NCBI RefSeq assembly: GCF_000315625.1
Contig: NW_005434609.1
Coordinates: 62,001-126,000, forward strand
DNA length: 64,000 nt
Direction of reading: 5' to 3'
Origin: Guillardia theta CCMP2712
Taxonomy: Eukaryota > Protista > Cryptophyta
Positions within the stretch are counted from its first letter, which is position 1. The number at the start of each line of letters is the position of its first letter. Positions 1 to 13,560 of the stretch are shown piece after piece. A model generated the notes under the pieces. That model searched no databases, was not told where the DNA came from, and worked only from the letters and a program-made list of their open reading frames with translations. The translations under genes were made by a program, and so were the position numbers.

Positions 1-3000
1 GCTCACCTGCATCATCTGCCCGAAGCCGTAGCTCGTGTTGAGCGCAACCTCGCACACTGAGAAGTCTGCATACTGCGAGCTCGCGACGAGCTCTGGGGCA
101 GGCTGGGTCAGGAGGCGCTGACTCAGCACCGGTCTCACCTTGGCAGGTGACCTGGAGCTCCGACTCGCTCAGCCTCCACTCCATGCTGGCGACGAGCTTC
201 CCTCCGTACCAGAAGCCCAACGCGTAGACCCAGTACTGCACCGCCTGCGAGCACCCGAAGGCACCGCCGGCCAGGTTGGCCTTGCGGATGCCGCGGCGGA
301 GGGAGGCGGAGAGACTCTCCTCGTAGCGCTTCATGAAGCTCTTCTCCAGGGTGAAGGCTGCAATCGTCCTACGATTCTCAAGGGTTTCACTCAGCACCTG
401 AAACTAGGTCATGGCGCAAGAAGAGTGAAGAATTTAGTAGGACCGAGGCCGAGGAGTCATCCTTGGTGTCTTCAAGTCCGTGCATCATGAGGGTCTGCTC
501 CACGAGAACTCCCAAGGTCATGATGGGCAGGCAGGCGATGACAACCAGCGACAACTTCCAGCCCGCGACTAGTCCGACGACGATGCCTGATGCATGCCAT
601 GAGCGAGCAAGGGGGAGGAGTCAGGGAGGAGGGAAAGTCTGAGGAGGAGGAAGAAAGGAGGAAGAAGGGGAGGAGGAAGAAGGGGAGGAGGAAAAAAGAG
701 GAAGAAGGGAGGAGAATTCAGTAGAGGACCGGAAACGAGCGTGACAAGGTTGCCGAAGAAGAGTCCTAACTTCTCTGCGCATGCTCCCTTCACCTGTCCA
801 AGGGATCAGACAAAACCTCAGCCGCCATCCAGCAGACCTCGTTGGCTTCTACAGCAAGTCTGGAGCAGAGAGCTCCGCTGCTGTTCTTGAGCTCGTCAAA
901 GTAGGCGATCTTGAGCGTTAGCATCTGCGATGCGTGTGAAGGAGGAGGAACAAGAAGAGTCCTGCTTGATGAGACAAGGACGACGAAGATGATGATGAGG
1001 CAGAAGCAGAGGGAAACGAAGTCTGAGAGACATGCGGGAGAGTGTCGAGCAGGGAGGGAAGGGGGGGGGGGGGGGAGGATGATGATGGTGATGGTGGTGG
1101 TGGTGGTGGTGATGATGATGATGACGACGACGACGATCAACAATGAATACGATTATGATCTTGATGATGGTGATGATGATGCTGAGGAGCAAGAGTTCAG
1201 ACATTACCTTCCTGAAGCTCGCATCCCTTAATCTTCTCGTGAGTCGTTCGCCAACAACAGAGAAGAGAGCGAGTTGTCCTACTTTACAGCAGCCTGCAGT
1301 GATCCCAAGAATCGCGAGCGCGATGGCTGAAGCTGATACGTTCGAACTAACCTGTTCCACGTTCCTTCATCTCCTCCTCCTCCTCCTCCTCCTCCTCCTC
1401 CTCCTCCCTCCTTTCTCTTCCTCCTGTACCTTGCTAGTTCCTTCAGCTCCTTGAAGTCCCGTCATGGCACGAGAAAAGAACAAGGCAAAGATGGGATATG
1501 CGCAACCATAACCGCCCGCAAAGAGGATGCCAAGAATGACAATCTGACGAGTTTTCAGACCCACTACCTCTTCTGACCTCTCCTCCTGTCCTATATTATC
1601 CTTCTCTCCCTCTACCCTCCCCGTACCTAATCCCCTGCTTCCTGTTCCTCCTCCGCCGCCCCTCCACTCCTTCGATCTTCTCGCCTCTCCCGCCTCTCCC
1701 TCTTACCCCCATCTCAGGACGATTATACGACAACAGTCGCCACGTGCCCACAGAAGGACCTGATGGTAGACAAAATGCGTCAAGTGGCGAAGAAAATGGC
1801 AAGAGCGATGAAAGAGGAGGAGAGAGAAGAGGAGAGAGAGAGAGAGTGAGCAAACATCGTAAAGAAGCTCTCGATCTGTTCGGGCTGACCTTCGGATCTT
1901 GTCTCTTCCAGGTTCTCCTCTTCCTTGTTCTCCTTCTGCAGCGCGGCAAACGACTCGCTTGCTATCTCGTCGAGCTCAGTCACATTCTCGCCACAGGTCT
2001 GGATCTCAGACTCTTCTGCCTGGGTGGAAGCAACCGAACCCAAGCTGAAGACTGAGTCTTTCCTCGCATCTCCTGCAGCTGCTGCCTGTGAAATGCACGT
2101 CACTTGCAAGCAAAGCAAACCCGCACTTCCTCCCCGCACATGGCCTCATCGTTCCTCGCTTCCTCCTTCTCCTCCTCCTCTGTCTCTTCTCACTTCCTTC
2201 TCATCCCTTCCTTAATTGCCTCCTCCTCTCCTCCCTCTCTCTCCACCTGTCTCTGGCACATCTGAGCATAGAGCCTGTCGAGCTCCAGAAGCTCCGCGTG
2301 CTGTCCGATCTCCACGACCCTTCCAAGCTGAACCACAGCTATCTGATCGGCATCGCGGATGGTGGAGAGTCGGTGAGCGATCACCAGCGTCGTCCTGCCA
2401 TGGGCCGCGCGATCTGCGAGGAGGTCAGAGAAAAGGAAAGGAGCTTCCCTGCTCACCCAGCGCCTGCTGCACGACTTTCTCACTCGCCCCATCCAAGGCA
2501 GAGGTCGCCTCGTCGAGCAGGAGGACCTTGGCTCCTCTCACGATCGCTCGAGCTATGGCGATCCTCTGCTTCTGCCCCCCGCTCAGCTTCGCTCCCCTCT
2601 CTCCGCAGGGAGTGTCGTATCCTTGGGGGAGCTTCATGATGAATCGATGCGCGTTAGCATCTCGAGCAGCGGCCTTGACATGCAAGTAACTTGAGGGCGA
2701 GAAGAACAGAACCAAGTGCAAGGGACGAGCAAGACTGAGGCTGAGGATGTAAAAACGAATGATGGGAAGAATATTGAGGCGAATGAGTATGAGCATGATT
2801 ATGAGTATGAGTATGAGTATGAGTATGAGTATGATTATGAGGGGGGGATATTCGCTTATTACCTCAACCATCTCTCTGCTGACGGCTCCTCCTTGCTTAC
2901 CCATGGCGATGTTGTCCAGGATAGAGCAGGCGAAGAGCACAGGCTCCTGTTCAAAGTCAAGAGACAGAACTTGGGAGGGAGGTAGAAGGAAAGGAGGGAG

Positions 3001-4505
3001 GGAGGGGAGGGGAGAAGGTGAGAATGGAAGGAAGGGGAGGGAAGGGGGGCGGGGGGGGGGGGGGGCGGAACCTGTGAGACAAGGCCTATTTGCTTCCTGA
3101 GCCACTCGATGTTGAGCGAGGAGATATCAACTCCGTCAAGCTCGATCCTCCCCGCTGTGGGCTCGTAGAACCGCTCGATCAGCTGGATCACGGTGCTCTT
3201 TCCGCTCCCGCTCTCCCCCACCAGCGCCGTCGTCTTGCCCGCGGGGATTTCGAGGGAGAAGTCGTTGAGAACCATCACCTCCTTCCTCGAGGGGTAGCAG
3301 AACGCGACGCCCTTGAACGACAGATGCCCTTCCAGCTTCTCCAGCTCCTTTCCCTCCTTTGAGAGCACGTTGCTCTCCGATCGCCGGGCAAGCATGTCGA
3401 AGATGTTCCTTGCGGCTGCTCGGCCGAGAAGGATGGCGGTGACGGGAGCCTGCACTTGCCCCAGACTCATCGCTCCCAGCAGGAGAGCGAAGGTGACAGT
3501 GATGACGTCACCAGCGTTCCAGGGTTGGCCTGTGTAGGTAGCCTTGACCTGGTTGGCAATGAGATAGCCTCCGAACCACATGGTGAAACCGAAGAAGGCA
3601 AAGATGATTCCCGTCGACAGGCCGAAGCCGATGCCGTTCATCAGCCCTCCTTTGATCCCGGACTTCTCTGCCGTCACGAGCGACTCCCCGTACTGGCGGC
3701 CCACGACCGTCCCGATCCCCAGCTGCTTCACCGTCCGGATGTTGCTCAGAGACTCTTGGGAGACGACGGCAGCGGCCGAATATGCGGCCAGGGCGCTCGT
3801 CTGCGCCCTCCGCATCATGATGTCCTGGAAGACGAAGGCTCCTATCAGCACCGGCAGGCTTCCAAGGATGAACAGCGAGAGCTGCCATCCCATGACAAAG
3901 CTGAGGATGAGAGCGGAAATGAAGGTGACGCTGTAGTGCACAGTCTTCCCCACGTTCTCACCCATCGAGCTCTGCATCTGCTGGGTCTCCATGGTGATCT
4001 TTCCTGACAGGGCTGACATGTCATGCTCGTCGAAGTAGCCTATGCTCTGACTCAGAATCGCTCGCAGGTACGCGCCCTTGACCCGAGTTGCTTGCCGGAA
4101 CCCCGAGGCGCTCCACCACCCCACCTCCACGTAGGAACAGAAGAACGCTGCCAGGCCCACCAGAGCGAACTGAATCGCGACCGTGTTGACTCGCTCCGAG
4201 AGACTGCGCTGGATGCTCTCGGACGAGGAGGCATATTGACTGCCCGACAGGACCTGTACCAGATCTCCCAAGAAGAAGGAGAACATGGTGAGCAAACAAC
4301 CATTCGCAATGGCACCCAGAGTCCCCAAGGACATCAGCAGCATGTCGACCATGTCAGCATACTTGAACAGCTCCATGAAGGACGCTTTTTCGACCACCGG
4401 ATCACCAGCTTCAGCCAACTTCTCCACCTTGACATCGTGATGATCTTGCATGCTCGTCATTTCCAGGTCGTCCTGAGCGGAGAACACGATAGTCGCTCCT
4501 GACAT
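1..4505 (-). CDS. ABCB1/P-glycoprotein-type full ABC transporter, multi-exon; C-terminal part runs off the window
   Basis: ORF 2859-4691 gives TMD1 and Walker A GESGSGKS; later exons give Q-loop [33 protein letters not shown] and IAHRLSTI; TMD2 exons at 140-1750 ([20 protein letters not shown]). Likely start MSGATIVF at 4505. Confidence 0.93.
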
Positions 4506-6071
4506 CGCTCTATCGCCCTGCTTCTCCCTCTCTTCCCTCCCTCTCTCCCTCGCTCCCTCCCTCAAGTACTTCCCTCTAACAACTCTTGCCCCTTTTAAAT
4601 GTTTTTTCCCCAAGTTTGCACGATTTGCACGGGGCTGTAAAACAAAAAAAATATTTTCCCCTTGTACCATTATTATTTTAATAATCAACAATAACTCTAA
4701 AAATTATTTTATCATTATTGTGATTATTATTATTGATACAACGATGGTAAAGATCATATTGAACAATGAGTAAAATATCAGAGCTTACAGTACAGTTTTT
4801 TTGTACCATTAAACGCCAGGCTGTCCACAATTTCAACATGGTCCTACAAGATTTGTAATCTACATTGAACTCAGATCAAAATTTGACAATTATTGACGAA
4901 ATTTGGGGACAAAAATTGAAATGTAGTACCGAGCCCCCCTCAATTCGAGCAAGTGCAAGTTGAGTTATAAAAAATCGGGCCCAACTGTGACTCCGACGGT
5001 CATGTCCCGGGTACGAGGCAACGCCCGGACCAACAGGTAGAGATCTGACAGTGGGGTGGGGGTGGGGGGTGGTCGAATCAGGTAGGCTCTGGTAGGGTTC
5101 TCCATGGGGGGTAGTGAGAAGGTGTAGTTTGGGAATGAACGGGGTGGAAGGTTTGCGATCTGGGGGTGGGTGACAAACGAGGGTGGTATGTGGTGGTGGT
5201 CGGGGTCATTTTGAATGGCAGGGTGGGTGGTCCGGTAGATAATGCACGGGAATGGTAAGGTGATTTTGGGGAAAGGTACCGGTGGTACTCGAGTTTCTGA
5301 GGTTGCGGAGGAATGAAATTCTCTAACAGGGTGGGGGTACTGCAGTTTGTGCTAAAGGTGAGGAAGAAGTCAGGAAAAAAGGGGGTAGGGGTGGGTATAC
5401 GTCGTGATATGGAGGGGTAAGGGTATATGTTGCAGGAGAAAGAGTGGGTAGTTGCAAGGAGATTCAAGGGGAAAACTTGGGGGTGGGGGTGGTTTTCAAA
5501 AAACCCTGGAACACAGGGGGTTGGGTAGGAATTTGGGTAGGAGGAATGGGGCGCTGAGAGACGAGGATGGGGGAGCTCAACGGGGAAAAGATGCAGGGGA
5601 GGAGAGAGAGAGGATTGGGAGGAGGATGTTATGCGGTTGAAATGATGAGAAAGTGAGTAGACGATGACAAGAGGATACATGAAGGGTAACGGGAAGGAAG
5701 AACACGAGAAAGTTACCTCGAGTACCAGAATCGTGGTTGAGCAATTCGCGAGAGATAGATAGGAGGAGAGAAACTGAGACGAGAGGCGTGAAACAAGGGC
5801 AAAGGAAAGGAAGACGCTGCCTCAGAGAGCATGAGAGGGCTGACAAGGAGGGAGGTTGGGAGGGAGGTTGGGTGGTGAGTAGAAGAATGGGGGATGAAGG
5901 GGACAATTTAGTATAAGAAATACAGCAACTGTGTTTGAGATATGTTGCTCTACCAGATCATGTGATTGTACTTATGGTGTTGAAACAAACAGTCTGCTTC
6001 TCTAGCTGCTTCTGTAGCTGACATGCGTGGCTGATGGCTAACCACCTCTTTTGAGCAGAAGTTGCAGCGGG

Positions 6072-9000
6072 ATGAGCTCGCTTCACCTGGCCCACCTCAT
6101 GCTCATGCTGTTTGTAGCCCAGATAGACTTTGGGCAGAGCTGGCTGATGATGACGAGTGGAGGATCCTGCCGTGTGTTGTCAGGTTTCTGCTTGGCTTCC
6201 AAACCTCCTCTGCTCCATATGAATCATGTAAGGCGTTCATGGACCTCTTCAGGCAGAGCTTCGCTTCAAGTGGTGAGAAACCCGCGCCTACGAGGAGGAA
6301 CGGTCGAGGTTTCCTCGAAAGGCAGCAAGCTCCTTGCAAGCGCATCCGACTCTTCGGAGCCAGAGGAGATCGTACGGATTCATGAAAGCAACGAGCTTGA
6401 GGACTATCCCACAAGTGAGAACATTGCTTCAGAGCCGCTTCCCTTCTACTCCCCCGAGAGCGACGAGTGGCCGATGGACTACTTCGGAGAGAGCACGCGA
6501 GGAGACCTCCTTCCCTCGGAAAACTTCTTGAAACCGGAGATGATCATGTCTAAGGACGAAATCATCAACATATGTCAAGATCTTGGATTGGACAGGGTGA
6601 GCTCCTACATCAAGCATCCTCTCTCTTCTTGTTCCTCCGCCCTTGCAACCAACATTGACCATGATCTCATCCTCTTTGCGTCTGCCCCCCCATTCCGCAT
6701 GCCCTGACGTTACCTGCTGCGTTGGCTCACTCTTCCTTGCAGTGGGGTACACCTAAAACCTGGGGTCTCCCAGCTCAGCCCCAACGATCCATTTTTTGCA
6801 GCCGAACGCTCAATCTTCGCAGCATCCGATGCATCGGCTACGACATGGACTACACGCTGATCCACTACAAGGTGACCGAGTGGGAAGGGCGAGCTTACCA
6901 CTACGCCAAGGAGAACCTGAAGCAGGTTGGCTTCCCGGTCGATGACCTTCACTTCAACCCGGAGCTCGTCTGCCGAGGTCTCATAATCGACAAGTCCCTC
7001 GGCAACATGGTCAAGGTTGACCGGTTCGGGTACGTGAGGCGAGCAATGCACGGGACCCGCCGACTGTCTCACCGGGAGACGCATGAGATCTATGGGAGGC
7101 AGCTGGTGGACCTGCGGGAAAAGCGATGGCTGTTCCTCAACACGCTCTTCTCTGTATCGGAAGGATGCTTGTATGCACAGCTGGTGGAGATGCTGGACTC
7201 GGGGGGACTGAAGATCCCGACGGAGTCAGGCGACTACATGCAGCTCTCCTACGAGCAGCTCTTCAACGCTGTGTCCAAGGCCCTGTTCAAGGCGCACGTG
7301 GAAGGGAGGCTCAAGGCTGACGTTATGAGAGACCCTGAGAAGTACGTGGAGTTTGACAGGGAAGTGGCTCTCACTCTCCTGGATCAGAGGGAGGCAGGCA
7401 AGAAGCTAGCGCTCATCACGAACTCGGACTGGGAGTACACCAAGGTGATGATGGCGCAAGTGATAGATCGGTTTCTTCCCAAGGGCATGACGTGGAGGGA
7501 GATTTTTCACGTCATCATCGTGTCTGCGCGCAAGCCCGCGTTCTTCTCTCAGAGCATGCCCCTATACGAGATCGTGACGGAGGATGGGATGATGAGGGAG
7601 AAGTTCAGGATGAAAGAGGGGAGGATCTACTCGGGGGGAAGCGCGAGCATGGTTGAGAAGCTGTTCAACTGTGAGAGGGACGACATCATGTACATCGGCG
7701 ATCACATCTTCACGGACGTCAACGTTGCGAAGCTCTATATGCGATGGAGGACGGCTCTTATCGTCCGTGAGGTGGAGGAGGAGGTGGTCGCGATGGATCG
7801 CGGAAGGCAACACACCCAGGAGCTGCACAGTCTGATCAAGAGCAAGGAGCAATGCGCCAACATCCTCAACCACATCCGTACTGAGCTCCACCGATACCGC
7901 GGGCTAGGACTCAAGTCCTCCCTGTTCAATGCCTCCTCGGAGAAGGTCAGCCTCCCCCTTAGCCTTCCCCCTCCCTTCCCATCCGTCTCTTTGACGTCTC
8001 CAATCTGACAAGTCTGCTGGGCAGGAGCTGTACGAGACCATGGGGAGGCTGCTGGGGACGATGGTGGAGTATGACAACAAGATTGCGCCCATGTTGTATC
8101 AGGAAGGGTCTCACTTCAACCCCTACTGGGGCTACATCAGCCGAGCTGGTTATGCCGACAAGTCGCACCTGATGCGGCAGATCGAGAAGTACGCTGACGT
8201 CTACACGTCTCGCGTCTCAAACTTCCTCCGGTAGAACCTTCTTCACTACTAAGTCCTCCCATCCCCTCCCTCCCTTCCATCCTCCCTCTCCTGCCTCTTC
8301 TCTTCTACTTCCCGTCCCTTCCACTTGCCTGCCCCTCGTTGTTTATCTGACTTCTGACCTTCACTGCAGCTACACGCCCTACATGTACTTCCGGGCTTCG
8401 AAGCAATCCCTTGCTCATCATCGCAACTTGGATCAGTACCGGCAAGAGGTGAAAACTTTTCCCGCTCTCACGTTATGCTTCCTCCTTCCATACTGTCTTC
8501 ACTTCTCCTCCTTCAACAGTCCTCACTGTCTCCTCCTGCTGGCAGTGCACTCCCTCGGGTTTCTCACTCCCTCCCCACTTCCATTCTCTCCACACTCTCC
8601 CATTCCTCATCCTCCCCTTCTTTTCACGAGAGCTGCCACAGGTCCCCGCAAGCGTGCTTGAGCGCATCGACATCTACCCAGAGGAGAGGAGGGAGCGAGC
8701 GCGACTTGCCGAGGGAGTTCTTGACGAAGTTCCATCGGCTGACTCTAGAGCATCGGACTCGCGCGAGGGCTACGTGGACCCAATCTGCCGGGAGATGCCC
8801 CCAGCATACCCCGGGCAGACCTCGGGGTCAGCAGTGGTGGTGGTGGAGGGGTCGGACGGGAGCACGGGGATGTGGGAGATGTCCAACACAGAGTTCGGGC
8901 ATCAGATCGAGAGATCGGGGATCCCGTCGCTAGACAACGTGGCAGGAGGAGCAGTGAGGGAGCAAGAGCCGGAGGTAGAGAACTCCTACTGGAAGCGGAG

Positions 9001-9076
9001 GCAGGGGAGCAACTCTAACGACGAGTTCGACGACTGGGATCTTAACAAGTCGGTGGATCCGATTCAACCAAGATGA
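6072..9076 (+). CDS. HAD-superfamily IG 5'-nucleotidase (cN-II-like) with N-terminal bipartite presequence, multi-exon
   Basis: Motif I GYDMDYTL, LITNSDWEYT, YIGDHIFTDV, FNPYWG, QIEKYADVYTSRVSN; hydrophobic N-terminus MSSLHLAHLMLMLFVAQ followed by an S/R-rich stretch and RLRGG. Confidence 0.9.
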
Positions 9077-9405
9077 GTTGCAGCCCAGGTTGTGCATGTG
9101 TATTAAAGTCATGAGACGAGACCCTTGGGCCCGCCCCCGACCCCTTTCACTTGTTAGAAAGGTGCTTCACTTTCATGCAAGGAAAAACTTGAAACCTTAA
9201 GGCGGTGTTTGTAGTGTCAGCCATCCCTTCCCACTCTCCTCTCGTTCTCTCCAGTGTTCCTTCTGTCCTCCTCTGTCCTCCCTCCTCCTGCGCTCACTCC
9301 CTCACTTCTTGCTTAACAAACTTCCTCGTGCTTTTCTTCTGTCTTGCTCCTCTCCTGTATTCAAGTCTGTTGCGAGTTCCACCGCCCCATCGGATGCAGA
9401 CTTTT

Positions 9406-11306
9406 TCATTGATCCGATGGAGAATCAGCGGGCAATTCATCGCTCGACTGTGAACCTGCAAGAGGAGTCGTGAGACTGCGTGCTGAATGAATGTCCCTCT
9501 CACCTTGAAGCCGAATGTCCAGAATCTCAAAGTCGTACGAGACAATCTTCTGCTTCATGTAGGAGTAGCTGGCTCAAAAGTAAGCATGTGCGAGAGGAGG
9601 GAGGAGGGAGGAGGGAGGAGGAAAGAGAAGGAAGATGGTGCAAATGTGCAAAAATGGGGAAGATAGGGAGACAGGACGAAGGAGAGCAAACACACAGACA
9701 CATCAAGATGAAAGAAGCAAACTGAGGGGTCGAATCAGACAAGGCAGGACAGAGAGGAAGGAGGCGTGCCATCCATGAAACTCTCCACCTGTTGTCCAGG
9801 GTCATGTAGACTGTTCCGTCCTCGACACACTGGAGACTTCCCCTCTGCCAGTCAACAGTTGAGCTCACGATACGATGAACTCCCACCTTCACAAACCTGT
9901 AGCGCCGCTACCCTCTCGCTCCCCGACTCAAAGAGGATCTCTGACTTGGAGCTTGCAGCAGCAACGAACTTCACTTGCAGCCCGACGTCCAACGCATCGG
10001 GACAAGCACACCTTCACTAGACGTCATGCTCTCAGGAGCGAAGTAATCACTTGGTCTACCATAACAGAGTCTGCCCAGCCCTGACTGTAGCCTGCACAAC
10101 TTTCTTGTCTCTGGCTGGGACGGTGACCTGCTCAAGGATCAGAGCGGGCTGGATAGAGGGTTCTACTTCAGCGCCTCACCTTTGCCCACTTCTCCATCTC
10201 ATCTTCTCCTCCTTCTAATCCTTCAGGCAACGCCCCTCCGAACAGGCAAGCGTGGTACTGCCTCAACGGTCAACGGGTGCCCTCCCCAAGCAGCCATCAC
10301 CAACCTGATCTTTATCGGCATGGTTGACGAGGATTGCTTCATACTCTTCCCTCGATCCGAGAACTGCAAGCTTGTGCTGGGATCGTGCTGGAACCACTGC
10401 AACCACCCGGTCAGTCTCCTGGCCCCCAAGAGCTCGCAGCCATACCTTGACGCAAGACTCCTCTCACGACTGTGGCGAACGGGCAGTTGAGGATGAGAAC
10501 TTTGTCTGCCATCTCCACGTAGTTTGCTGACACCTCACGGACCACCTTCATCCGTGTCACAACCTTATCCCCCAACCGAAGACAACCTTGCGCAGCATCC
10601 CAATGGGCCCTGTGGCAAGGTGATGCATCCCCAGCCCCTAGAAACGAGTCACTCTCCTGCTGCTCGCACGCTCAAGGCACCTTGAGATCATGGATCTCCA
10701 GCGCACGGAACATGATGCCGGTCTCCGCCGTCAGCTGCGACAGCGTAATGAGCTTGTGCTCCATCTCGTATATGATGTAGAGCCGAATCTCTTCCAGGGT
10801 CACGGCCTGCAACGCAAGTCTGTGAGCCACCACAGGCAACTTCGATCTAACTGAACCTTGACAAGCTTTGCAGGATCAATCAGGCCCGTCAGCGTGATCA
10901 TGATGGGGCTGCCGTTCTTGTCTTTCCCTGTCTTCAGCAGCGGGTAAAATCGACGAACAGTCTCGTAGCGGGGGAACTGCTCTGGTTTCAACCCTCCCAT
11001 TATCTTCTTTCGGATATCGTTGATGTTGTTCTTGGTACGCCAGTCAAGCATCTCTATCACAGCATCTGCTGCGGTTTGAGGGTTCTTCTTGAACCCTATG
11101 AAGAACCGAAGCAACAGAGCGTCCTCCCAGTCCTCTGGCACGCTCTCGCGATCCATGGTCACTCCCTTGTTGGCGATGATCTCACGTATCTTGTCGATAG
11201 ACTGCTGGCCTGTCATCCCGTTCTCCCATGTTCTGGTCAGCAGGTTTTCCAGCTTGAAGTCAACAGCATGATTCTGGTGCGGAACCAAAGGGTTGGGATT
11301 CGCCAT
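9406..11306 (-). CDS. Sec14/CRAL-TRIO lipid-binding protein with C-terminal GOLD-like domain, multi-exon
   Basis: EDALLLRFF...MLDWR, GKDKNGSPI, EIHDLK, ILNCPF, VTVPARDK and YMTLDN exons joined by GT-AG introns; stop near 9406. Confidence 0.8.
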
Positions 11307-12494
11307 GTTGGATTTGTTCAGTACCTTTTAGCACATAATATCACAACCCTGAAATTTCAGGTCTCTCAAAAGGTCTTACCTACTGCTCGTGTCTGCAACC
11401 AGCGGCTAAACTGTTGTCAGGATTGAAGTTCCTGCGCCACCAGCACCTGCTCTGATTGACGGGGAGGTGTGAGGTGCGGTACGTGTGTTGGGATGATCTA
11501 AAGGCTTCCACCGAGTGTTAGCACATATACTCAAGTGAGAGCAAACAAGATCAGAGAACGAGATGCTCGAAGAACGAAGGTGAGTGGGACAAAGTCAATG
11601 CCGGAATCGAGGTACGCCAGTTGTTGCAGTAATGCAGCAAGGCCAATTCCAGTCGCTGCTGGCTGGTTCGATCCAAGGAACCAGGAGGAGAGGACGTCGA
11701 TGAGATAGGAAGGCGGGGAGGAGAAGGAAGCAACAGGAGGAGGAGGAGGAGAAGGGGGAGGAGGAGGAGGAGGAGGAGGAGGAGGTGGAGGAGGAGGAAC
11801 GGGGGCGGAGGGGGGCGGTGGGGGTTTGGAGGATGGAGGAAGCCAGCGGTGCACGGGAGAACTTCATCAATATGGGGTAGGGGTAGTGAAAACTAGGGGT
11901 AATGATTTTTGAATGGAGGTAGGGGTGATTCAGACAGTGGGTAGGGTACTGAAATTTTACCCAGAGATGGGGTTAAAGATCTTTTGAAAAATCAAGGTAG
12001 GGGTACAAGACTGAGACAGTAGGGTGTATTCATAACGGGTAGAATGTACAACATGTATGGTGGGTACATCAAACAAGGGGGTAGGGTATTCTTTGATATA
12101 TGTAGCGATTGAGCGATTCGGTGGGGTAGTCGAATGACTTAGTAGGGGGGTGATAGGGTATAGCACTCAGTCTAAGTACGGGTGGCAAAAACTAAGTACG
12201 GGTAGTTAGCACAAATTCACAGGACATTTGAGAGGCAGGTAAGCATGATGTTGAAAATTTCATTGAGCCTGAAAGGAAATTATTGGATGTAGGGTTGCTC
12301 CATTCGACTCCACAAAGTCAGGGTCCTTTCAAGGGGGTATGAAGTGTGAATCACCTCTAGGGTAGTGCATCCATACAAAGGGGGTGGTAAAGCGGAAGAA
12401 GAGGGTGGGCTGCATTTGAGTAAACATGAATCCAAGTAAACAAGGAAGACAGAACCTTTCCACCCTATAGCTCTCATTGCTGCCCTTCCTGTCC

Positions 12495-13560
12495 ACTCGG
12501 ACTGCCGCGCGACTCGCCGGTCACACGGTCGGATCATCGGATCAGTCGGACGGTGGCGGCAGTGGCCCGATCGGACGGAGCCTCCGTGAGTCGGACCCGG
12601 TCACCCGCCAGTCGGACCGCGGCCCCGGCCCCGGCCCGGCCGGGCCAGGCCCGTTCGGGTGTCCGATCATGGCGGAATACTAGACTCCCGCACACCGGAC
12701 CCCGGGGCTTAGGTGGCCGCCGCGACCGTACCTTCCGAGTTCTTTACTGGCAGTACTCAAAGTTAAGTTAAGCCGACCGTCCGATCCTGGCACGGTGCCG
12801 CCACGGTGATCACCCGGCTTGCAACGGCGTCTCAGGTGATCCGACCGTACTTGCAACTTGTGACGCATCCGCCGCCGGGGTGAGGGCCAGGATCCGAGCC
12901 GAGGCCCCGCTGAGGCTTTCGCCGAGTCAGCTCAATGGCATCCCTGTCCGGGCCGAGGCTGAATCCGGGCCATCATCATGCCATGATGGCCGCGATGATG
13001 GGCACGGTTCCAGAGTGCCATCCGATCGGATCATGATCCGATGATCGCGGCCCGGGTCACCCGGTGCCTTCCGGTACTACTAGGCTACCGTACGGTCACG
13101 ATGCACGGTGCGCACGGTCTCACTGACAGTGATTCCTTCGGCGCCGCGGCCACAGTGATCATGATGTACGGTACGGTCGGGCCCGGCTGGCATGGCAGTG
13201 GCGCGGGGGAATTGTCAGTCCTGCGCTTTTCTCTCCTCGCCGTTTGGCCATTGCGACAGGCACGGTCCCCGGGTCACCGTCAGGGTCAAGCCTCCGACTC
13301 CTCGACTGTCCATGTAACTTAACTTTGAGTCACAGTAATGAAGAGTTGTGATCGGACTCAGACCCGTTCAACCGTTGAACGGTTCTCACGCGGCCCCGGC
13401 GCCGCCGGGTCGGCCCGAACACTGGCCCGCCGTCGGAGCTCGGAGTCCCGGCCGACTGATGGCATGGCTCATGCGCTCGCCCGGCACTGGGCAGCCCCCG
13501 CCGCGCCGTCGGCGGTCACTTCCGGGAAAAGGGCTCATGTAGGCCTCTTTCCGGAAAAGG
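12495..13560. other. GC-rich palindrome-dense intergenic island
   Basis: Dense CCGG/GGCC/GATC/TGAC micro-palindromes; perfect 18-bp palindrome ATCGGATCATGATCCGAT at 13025-13042; no credible ORF. Similar islands at 18210-18660, 54725-54938, 57940-58325, 60785-60960, 62850-62925, 63140-63250. Confidence 0.75.
13221..13330 (+). mobile_element. Degenerate 3'-terminal copy interrupted by GC-rich insertions
   Basis: TTTTCTCTCCTCGCCGTTTGGCC..GCGACAG[insert]GTCAGGGTCAAGCCTC..TAACTTAACTTTGAGT. Confidence 0.75.

Noticed and set aside
790-1454. ORFs with poly-His/Thr/Pro/Met tracts
   Set aside because: Translations of intronic microsatellites within the ABCB gene.
5078-5906. 200-aa and 109-aa Pro-rich minus-strand ORFs
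   Set aside because: By-products of the G-rich and GA-rich skewed intergenic zones; no domain or splice support.
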